DNA of 64,000 nucleotides from the NCBI RefSeq assembly GCF_036321535.1, contig NC_087436.1:29018001-29082000 (forward strand). Direction: 5' to 3'. The notes under the pieces are model-generated. The model was not told the DNA's origin and ran no database searches. It saw only the letters and a list, made by a program, of their open reading frames with translations. Of the stretch, positions 41,201-48,990 are shown in pieces. The position numbers were made by a program, and so were the translations under genes. The DNA is from Camelus dromedarius. Its lineage: Eukaryota. Position 1 is the stretch's first letter, and each line of letters opens with the position of its first letter.

Positions 41201-42689
41201 GCAACACTGAGTGCCTGTGAAATAAAATAGCTCCTGGGAAGGCTCATTGATAAGAATATATCGCTTATCCATCTTCCAAATTTAGCACTTTTTGCAGATG
41301 TTTATTCATTTCTCTTTCTTCGGTTAGGCTATTATGTCTCATTATGTCTGAGGGACTAAACTAATTGAAATGTTCATTGAGATTGAAGTGCTACAGAAAA
41401 AAACAAAGTGGGTGGGGGAGAGGGAAAGAAAGAAAATGCACCCAAGGAAACATGCAGCAGACGTGGATACACTTTTTTTTTCTTAAATATTAAACATTCT
41501 GCTTCAAAAGTTTTAAAAGGCTGACTATTAAATTAGAAACTCTGAAAAATAGAATAGGAATGAGCAATTCTAAGTGTACAGCTTTTAAAAGATAACAATA
41601 AATCATATGTCATATATAGGCCAAAAATGAAAGGGACTTTGTACTCAAATATAAACTTCTGGCAAGATCTGGTTTGTTGTCAGGTTCCCAGACACTAAAT
41701 AGATGCTCTGTTCACTTAGCATGAAGGCCCGCAAGGGGCAGGGACCTCCGGGGATTCTTGGCAGTTCTCAAGTCTCATTAGGTCTGCATATTAATGACTT
41801 GCAGCAATATAAAGAGACCCTTGAGTAGCCTTTTTTCCCTCCTCCTCCTGCCTGCGTTTCCCAAGGCTAATGCAGCCTCAGACACAGCACATATTAGCCA
41901 AGTGAGAGGCTTGCGGCCACCACTGCTGCCAGGCGACCATGGGGCGGATACTGCCCTTTGACACACTGCCTCAGCACGGTTCAGAGGTCCACGGAGTGTG
42001 CTTAGGAATGGGGGCTCTCGAGGATCAATGAGGACTCTATCACTCTGTGCTTACATCACTAACCCAAATAAAGCTCAAAGCTTAAGTGAATGAATTTGGA
42101 CCTAGAGATGGTCCAACAATGGGCATTTTCAGAAGTTGCAAAAGTGAACTTGTCTTTGCACTTTTTTATATGTCAGATAAACACAAAACTCAACTGGAAA
42201 AGAAAAAGTTAAAAAAATATATATATATATATCCAACAAGCACCCTTCATAGCTGGGATGTGAATGAAGTGGAAAGAAAACCCAAACCTTGTGAAATGAT
42301 TTAAATTATTTTAAGGTACATATTTCATTTCTTATAAGTGTTTTCTTTAAGTGTTAGTAATTAGAGTTATCAGGATCCCGTGAAACACGAGTAAATTTAC
42401 ATAGGAAAAAGTAAAATAAAGTAAAACAAAGTAAAAAAATGTGTCCCATTACAACCCGATCAGTGACTAACAGTAAGCCCACATACAAATACACCTAGAG
42501 TTCAACTTTTGACAGGTCACGGATCCTGTTGAAAATATGAGGAAACCTAGGATGCTTCAGAAAATATACATTATCAAATGCTTACTAATGTCCTGAAGCC
42601 TAAGAACTCAGGATTGGGAATCCTGCTTTCAACCTATTCATGACTTTTAATCACCATTCCTTCTCTCATTTACTATTCGGTGGCATGCA

Positions 42690-42870
42690 AAATGCATATC
42701 TCTCTGGAAGGCGAGAAATTTGGATTCTGGTCCCCAGTCTTCCACTTACCCTCTGTGACTTTACGCAGGTCAGTCAATTTCATTTATCCTCAGTTACCTC
42801 ATCCATAAACAAGTCTAATAATACCTTAACTGACTGAAGACTGAGGACTGGACCAAATGAGAAATCCACA
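42690..42870 (+). mobile_element. MIR/MIR3 fragment
   Basis: The sequence reads tggattctggtccccagtcttccacttaccctctgtgacttt...cctcagttacctcatccataaa. Confidence 0.7.
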
Positions 42871-43151
42871 ACTTTTTGTACGCAATATAATTCCATTAAA
42901 AAAATTATATAAGGAAGAATGTTTCATATTCTAACAGATGCCACAATGAATTTCTAACTTTCATTCTCCAAAGGAACATTACATTTTTACAATCCTCTGT
43001 GAGTATACAATTATCATCATAGGATGGCATCATTTTTCTGTAGATTTACTAACATTAAAAATTACCTAGAACATCATCCTTTCAGGATTTATTTAAAAAA
43101 AAAAAAAAAAACACACCGTAAAAGTCAGCATTGCACTTCGATCACACTTAC

Positions 43152-43258
43152 CAGCTGACTGGCCGCGGTTGGTAGCATCATGATCACTATCTCCCTGTTC
43201 ACTGTCTCCATGACCACTGTCCTTAGAGCTTACTATGTCGGCTTCTTGGAATGCAGAA
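43152..43258 (-). CDS. PCDH10: PCDH10 exon 3 (107 nt): SAFQEADIVSSKDSGHGDSEQGDSDHDATNRGQSA(G), contains delta-protocadherin motif CM1
   Basis: The acceptor is tttttgtacttctag|T and the donor is GCTG|gtaagt, phase 2 to 1. KDSGHGDSEQGDSD is the CM1 motif. Confidence 0.96.
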
Positions 43259-43523
43259 CTAGAAGTACAAAAATGTGAAGATTAGAATAAAAAAAGGTGA
43301 AGAAACAAAGAAAACATTCTTCTGCCACCACATGGTCACCGATGGTGCTGCAGATGCCTCAAGCTCTCAGGTGTCTCTTTTCTGTGCAAAGCTTGTTTTC
43401 TTAACCTTAAGCCTAACTTTCTAAAATTGAACATAATAAGTCAGTTTGAGTCCTTAAGGCATGTTGTTTAGTCAGGATTTTATGATTGGAACTAAGCATA
43501 TGTTTATATCATTTTCATAGAAG

Positions 43524-43526
<3 letters not shown>

Positions 43527-43570
<44 letters not shown>
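43527..43570 (+). repeat. (TG)22 microsatellite in PCDH10 intron 2
   Basis: Directly visible. Confidence 0.98.
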
Positions 43571-43571
<1 letters not shown>

Positions 43572-43853
43572 ATGTATATATATACCTGGAACAGGAAGAT
43601 TATCAGAAGCAGTGTAGGAGTGTAAACCGACAAACTATTCAACTACATTTAGTAGTTATATATAAATGAAATACACCCCTATTTTTTACTTTTACTTTAT
43701 TGTCTAGGAAACCCAACATAATGAATATTTATGTTCTGCGCTAACTGGAAATATTTTATCCGGTTTCTATTTTCATATTGAATGATATACCTAATTCCCA
43801 CTTTTAGTAGGTAGTAAACTGTCCATTCACCAAACTAGAAAAAAAGTCCGTAC

Positions 43854-43912
43854 CTGTTAACTCGGCGAGGTCTGTCAACTAGATAGCTGAGCTCTGCTCG
43901 CTGGTGTTTAGT
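43854..43912 (-). CDS. PCDH10: PCDH10 exon 2 (59 nt): TKHQRAELSYLVDRPRRVN(S)
   Basis: The acceptor is ttttttttctag|ACT and the donor is AACAG|gtacgg. Phase 0 to 2 fits exons 1 and 3. Confidence 0.96.
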
Positions 43913-45045
43913 CTAGAAAAAAAATAAATAAATCAAGAGCATTTGAATGCTAAGGGTTTAACTGACAGTCTGCTTTTGACATTCAGAATGAATTCTAGCT
44001 TAAGTAATTGTGTACAGTTTGATGAATTTCTAAGCTGTCCTAAAACCTTGGACTAGCGATTGCTGGCTAAAGGCAAGAAGACATGTAGAGACACTGCAAT
44101 ATAGATTTTCAGTAAAGGTTAAAAAATTGCAGAAATAAAAGGCCAATTTTAAATGTGTGTGTGTGTGTGTTTTAAGGAGAGAATGCAAATAACCTCATAG
44201 CTGGGGCTCATAAACTATTGTCTCTAATAGAGTCAACCTAGTTATATGCTGCAGTCTTTCTTTCAGTGGTCTAAAAAAGTGTTTAGGTGCATACTGGTTG
44301 ACACAAGAAAAACAGCACGCTCAATAAGCAAAAAGTTTGGATGTTTTATGGAATTATTTTGTTGTTTATTTTCAAAATGTGCTTAAGATACAAATGAGCT
44401 GTACAAATATTCATGAAAGTCAATTAATAATATCTAAGACTCAAATAAATTAAATAACCTGCCAAGAAGGGAGTTCATAATCCTCCCTCCCATCCTGGCC
44501 CCAATTCTTTTCCCCCTCCCAATAGCCTCTGCAGTCCCCTCCCGCCTTCACCACCCACACACCTTTTCCGGTCCAAACTTTCTTTTACATAAATCGACTG
44601 TTCTCCCGCTCCCTCCCTCCTTTCAACTTCGCCACTTCTTCATCTTATAAGAAGAAATCGGAATTGACAAGGCAAATTCTTTGATGAAGAAAGCCAATAG
44701 CAGTGATTTATCAAGAACGGTGGCAAGAAGGCGATTATTAGCTAAAAGGTGTATTTACGACAACAACTGTTTAAGCCTTCCGTTAGTTTACGCTTACAGG
44801 GGTTTGTGCCAAAGCAACTTCATTCAAATTCACACTGTGTGGGCGTTCGGCTTCAAGAGCGTCTGTAAATGCTGTCCAGAGCAGAACTGAAGGCTTTTCT
44901 GGAACCCGAGTTCAGAGGACAAGGATCTGATAACTCATTCACTAAAACATGCATTCGAGTTTAGACAACTGTGCAAAGTTAAACAATCTATAGCTTACTT
45001 TTACACGCGACTGAAAGCACTGATAAACAAAGCAAAACAGTTAAC

Positions 45046-45051
45046 TTTATT
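45046..45051 (-). terminator. Candidate intronic polyadenylation signal for the short isoform
   Basis: Minus-strand AATAAA lies about 380 nt after the short-isoform stop. A second copy is at 44365-44370. Confidence 0.45.
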
Positions 45052-45433
45052 AACTCCTGGGACAAATGCAAAGCGAAAAAGACCTTTGGCAGAGCCAGAA
45101 AGTCCCTCCACCCCATTTCCCTCTCCCCCCGCGCACTTCCCCCTTAACCCCCAGGTTTCTAAGCAGAGAAAGGACTGAAAGGGGGCTTAGGATTTTAAAG
45201 GAAAGATGCCAGAGGAAAGAAGGAAGGTCCAAGGTGGCAAAGCACCAAAGGGGGGAGGGGGGCGATGAAAATAAACGTGAAGGGGTGGAGCGCAGAAAAT
45301 TAGGGACAACACGAAGTTTGTTACACACGAAGGGGTAGGAGAGGTGATTCCCCCATTCCTGTCCCCATAAAAATACAAATAAACTAATACCCTAAATATA
45401 AATACACAGTGCACCAGAGATACAAGGGCCGGG

Positions 45434-48118
45434 CTAGAGGAGGCTTTCAGATGGAGGAGATGAGAGATGGTGGTCCTTTCGCTTCAGCCTTACCTCGTTG
45501 GACAAAATGCTTCCGTTGGAGATGATGTCGGGCTGCTGGTCTGTGTAACCCGTGACGATAGCCCCGCAGGGGTTGTGCTCAGTGTCCGTACTCCGCGAAG
45601 GGCTGCAGGGCTTAAGGAACATCAGGTCGGTCTTGGCGGACTCAGGGGTCAGGCAGACCTGGTAGCAGTAATTCTGGTTGTGGTGATGGGAGCCAAAGCC
45701 CCCGGACTCCTCCACCGGCACTTGGGCCGGGTTACTGGGTACGTTGGAGCTTTGCACCAGCATGATGTCCGACTTGCTGAGTTTCTTCTTGCGCGCCCGG
45801 GCTTGGCGGCCGCAGCAGGTCGAGCCCCCACCGCCACAGCAGCAGCAGCAAAGGCAGCAGTCGCTGGCCAGACACGTGTAGATGTTGAGCTTCTTCTCTT
45901 TTTGGCAACGCACAGCAAGCACTATCATGGCCAGGAGGAAGATGAAGGACACTGAGCCCAGCGCGATGATGAGGATGAGGGTGAGGTCCAGCGAGGTCTC
46001 CCCGCCGCCGGAGCGGCTGGGGCGCTGGTGCTCTCCTGACCCCCCGCCCCCGCCCCCGCCCCCACCCTGGGGCTCGACAGCACCATCCACCAGCTGCACC
46101 ACCAGGGTGGCGGTGGAGGACAGGGGAGGCTGCCCGTGGTCGCGCACCTCGATCACCAGCTCATAAGGCCGCTGGGGGTCGCGCTTGGCCGGCACCCGGC
46201 GCGCTGTGCGGAGCTCTCCCGTGCGCCAGTCCATGCGGAAGAGGTTCATTTCGTTGCCCCGCACAATGCTGTAGGTGAGCCGGGCGTTCTCGCCGTCGTC
46301 CGCGTCCACCGCGGCCACGCGGGTCAGCAGGTAACCCGGCTCCGCCGAGCGGGGCAGCACTTCGCGTGCTGGAGTCCCGTTGCGTCCTGGAAGGGGCGCC
46401 ACGATGGCAGGGGCGTTGTCGTTCTGATCCACGATGAGGATGTTGACAGTGGCGTTGCCAGCCAGCGCCTGGGGGCTGCCCGCGTCCCGGGCTTCCACTT
46501 GGAAGCTGAAGTCCTTGAGCTGTTCGTAGTCGAAGGAGCGCAGGGCGTACAAGTAGCCGTTCTCGGAGTTGATGGACACGTAAGTGAAGACGCTCATGCC
46601 CTGGATCTGGCACTCGAGGATAGAGTAGGCTAGCTGGGCGTTGGCGCCCTCATCACGGTCTGTGGCGCTCACCGCGTAGATGTAGGCGCCCGGCACGTTG
46701 TTCTCGGTCACATACACGTCGTAGACCGGCTGGCTGAACCGCGGTGCGTTGTCGTTCACATCTGACACTTGCACCTGGATAGACTTACTGGTGGAGAGCG
46801 CAGGCTCGCCCCGGTCCCGAGCCACCACGGTCAGGGTGTAGGAGTCTCCCGCCTCTCGGTCCAGAGGAGCCTCGGTCACAATGGTATAGTAGTTTTTGAA
46901 GGAAGACTTGAGGCGGAACGGCACATCCCCCAGCAGCTCGCACTGCACCTGCCCATTCTCTTCTGAGTCGCGGTCTGTCACGCTGAACAAGGCCACCACT
47001 GTGCCGGGCGCCGCGCCCTCGCTCACCGCCTCCTTCACGGTGCTGAAGCTGATCTCAGGCGCGTTGTCGTTAGCATCCAGCACTCTCACTATCACCTTGC
47101 AGTGCGCGGGCACGGCGTTGGGGCCCAGGTCTTTGGCTTGTACGTACACTTGGTACACTGGGCTCTCTTCGTAGTCCAGCTCGCCGCTCACCTCCAGCCG
47201 GCCAGTGCGAGGAGAGAGTCCGAAGAGCTCCCGCGCCCGGGGCGAAATGTGGCTGCTGAAGGAGTACACGACCTCGCCATTCTGGCCCTCATCTGGGTCT
47301 GTGGCGTTAAGCTGGATCACTAGCGTGCCCGGCGGCGAGTTCTCTGGTAGGGACACAGTGTAGACGGGTTGGTCGAAGGCGGGCACATTGTCGTTGGAGT
47401 CCAGCACTCGGATGGTGAGTAGGGCCGTGCCGGTGCGCTGCTGCTGGGGGAGCAGGCCCCCTCCCCCACCGCCTCCTCCTCCTTCTCCTCCCCCTCCTCC
47501 CCCGTCCACCGCGGTCAGCACGTAGCGGTGCACCGCTTGCTGCTCTCGGTCCAGCGGCTTCTCCAGCACCAGCTCGGCGAATCGGTTGCCATCCCCCTGG
47601 GTCTGCACGTCCAGGGAGAAATAGCTGTTGGGGGTGATCTCATAGTCGCGCAAGGAGTTGGTGCCCACGTCTGGGTCGAATGCGCTCTCCAAGGGGAAGC
47701 GGGTGCCCGGCGTGGCGCTCTCAGAGATCTCCACGGTCAGGTCCGGCTCCGGGAAGGAGGGGGGGTTGTCATTGATGTCCAGCACCTCGATCTCCACCCG
47801 GAATAGCTCCAGGGGGTTCTCCAGGAAGACTTCCAGGTGCAGGACACAGGAGGGGCTCTGCTTGCAGATTTGCTCGCGGTCTATCTTTTCGTTCACGTAC
47901 AGCACCCCGGTCTCCAGGTTGAGGTCCAAGTAAGGGGTCCGAGAGTTGGGCGCCGTTTGAAAGCCGCGAGCCGAAAGTTTTGTAATGTCCAAGCCCAGAT
48001 CTTCAGCGATATTCCCCACGAAAGTGCCATGTTCCTGCTCCTCCTGCACCGTGTAGTGAAGCTGGGAAAAGACTCCTTCCACCATCCAGAGCAAGGCAAA
48101 GAATAATAGCACAATCAT
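45434..48118 (-). CDS. PCDH10: PCDH10 short isoform (894 aa), exon 1 read-through ending VRLKRKDHHLSSPPSESLL
   Basis: The ORF continues 19 codons past the exon-1 donor to a TAG at 45434-45436. Minus-strand AATAAA occurs at 45046-45051. A short single-exon PCDH10 isoform is known in mammals. Confidence 0.85.
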   Translation of the reverse strand: MIVLLFFALLWMVEGVFSQLHYTVQEEQEHGTFVGNIAEDLGLDITKLSARGFQTAPNSRTPYLDLNLETGVLYVNEKIDREQICKQSPSCVLHLEVFLENPLELFRVEIEVLDINDNPPSFPEPDLTVEISESATPGTRFPLESAFDPDVGTNSLRDYEITPNSYFSLDVQTQGDGNRFAELVLEKPLDREQQAVHRYVLTAVDGGGGGGEGGGGGGGGGLLPQQQRTGTALLTIRVLDSNDNVPAFDQPVYTVSLPENSPPGTLVIQLNATDPDEGQNGEVVYSFSSHISPRARELFGLSPRTGRLEVSGELDYEESPVYQVYVQAKDLGPNAVPAHCKVIVRVLDANDNAPEISFSTVKEAVSEGAAPGTVVALFSVTDRDSEENGQVQCELLGDVPFRLKSSFKNYYTIVTEAPLDREAGDSYTLTVVARDRGEPALSTSKSIQVQVSDVNDNAPRFSQPVYDVYVTENNVPGAYIYAVSATDRDEGANAQLAYSILECQIQGMSVFTYVSINSENGYLYALRSFDYEQLKDFSFQVEARDAGSPQALAGNATVNILIVDQNDNAPAIVAPLPGRNGTPAREVLPRSAEPGYLLTRVAAVDADDGENARLTYSIVRGNEMNLFRMDWRTGELRTARRVPAKRDPQRPYELVIEVRDHGQPPLSSTATLVVQLVDGAVEPQGGGGGGGGGSGEHQRPSRSGGGETSLDLTLILIIALGSVSFIFLLAMIVLAVRCQKEKKLNIYTCLASDCCLCCCCCGGGGSTCCGRQARARKKKLSKSDIMLVQSSNVPSNPAQVPVEESGGFGSHHHNQNYCYQVCLTPESAKTDLMFLKPCSPSRSTDTEHNPCGAIVTGYTDQQPDIISNGSILSNEVRLKRKDHHLSSPPSESLL
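45494..48118 (-). CDS. PCDH10: PCDH10 exon 1 coding part (875 codons): signal peptide, six cadherin EC repeats, transmembrane helix, proximal cytoplasmic tail
   Basis: The ATG at 48118 starts MIVLLFFALLWMVEGVFSQ, a signal peptide. Cadherin motifs DRE, DINDNPP, DSNDNVP, DANDNAP, DVNDNAP and DQNDNAP follow, then the TM segment LTLILIIALGSVSFIFLLAMIVLAV. The donor is GAG|GTAAGG at 45494/45493, phase 0. Confidence 0.98.
45500..48050. promoter_or_regulatory. CpG island over exon 1
   Basis: GC content is visibly high and CpGs are dense compared with the AT-rich, CpG-depleted introns. I did not compute values. Confidence 0.85.
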
Positions 48119-48990
48119 CTCCAAAGGGAAAGGAAGCAGCTTCCCGCAGCCAGTCAGCCACCCAATCACTTCCCCCACCACCACGAAAAAAAGAAATCTC
48201 AAATAAAAAATAAAAATAAAAGTGCGCTATGTGGGGGTCTCCTGTGGCTTTCTGTCCTTAACAATCTTATTCCTTTCGCTTCATTTTAGGGTTTCCCCCA
48301 ATTCAGCCTCATTTTTCAATCTTAGTGCAGGAAGGGTGACGGGCACCCCTTTTCCTCATCAGTAATCTTCCCAATGACCAATTAATAAAATAATAATACA
48401 ATAGTCAGCCTCCTTTATTCCGACAGTCTTGGCGCAACGCGGCGCTGGCAAATCCCAAGGAGGAAATTTCGATATTTAAAGACTGTCCTCGGTTTGTCTT
48501 CTTGCTGATGGGAGAAGGAGGAGGAAAAGAAGGAGAAGGAGGAGGAGGAAGATGAAGAGGAAGAGGAGATGCTGTTGGCACCGCTGAACATGCCTCTTAA
48601 TGTCAACGGCTGGCAAATGGGCTGGCAAATGCAAAAGAGCTTAAAAAACAGCTAGAGAATTTTGTGCCGGAAAAGCCCAGAATGGCTCTGCAGCATAAAA
48701 CTTTCATTCTCTTCATTTCTCCGGATGGATGTTGTTCTTGGCATTTTTTTCTCTTTCGCTCTATTTGTGATTTTTGGCTTTCATAGTCTTGTCTCTCTCT
48801 GTCCTCATCTCCACCGCCGTTTGCCTCTCTGTAAGTGTGATGAGCAGTTGCTTTTCTTCTATTTCTTTACCAAGACTCTTCTTCCCCCTAACCTGTCTCT
48901 CTTCCTTCCAGTCCTTCCCTCCTCTGCCTCAGCCATAGAGACTGTGATCTCGGCTGGCAGTTTCTGAGCTCCGAGCGCTTTGCTTCTCTG
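48119..48990 (-). other. PCDH10: PCDH10 5' UTR (about 0.85 kb, TSS approximate)
   Basis: This is the region between the ATG and the CCAAT/GC-box cluster. It contains purine/pyrimidine tracts and many uATGs. Confidence 0.6.

Larger units (their letters stand above)
3655..48990 (-). other. PCDH10: PCDH10 gene span (5 exons; TSS and polyA ends approximate)
   Basis: The spliced CDS matches my recollection of mammalian PCDH10. The ends are inferred from the CCAAT/GC-box promoter at about 49.0-49.1 kb and from AATAAA on the minus strand at 3674-3679. Confidence 0.85.

Noticed and set aside
41970..41996. RE1/REST-like tcagcac...acggag
   Set aside because: Only the left half-site matches. The spacing and right half do not fit RE1.
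45392..45401. MEF2 consensus CTAAATATAA just after the short-isoform stop
   Set aside because: It is tempting because Pcdh10 is MEF2-responsive, but the motif is common in AT-rich DNA and cannot be supported without ChIP or conservation data.
45467..48114. Many antisense and alternate-frame ORFs over exon 1
   Set aside because: They are expected from GC3-rich codon usage with few stop codons, and there is no independent support.
48119..48202. 28-codon N-terminal extension of the PCDH10 ORF (922 aa in the ORF track)
   Set aside because: It starts at TTG. The ATG at 48118 directly begins the signal peptide and is the recognised start.
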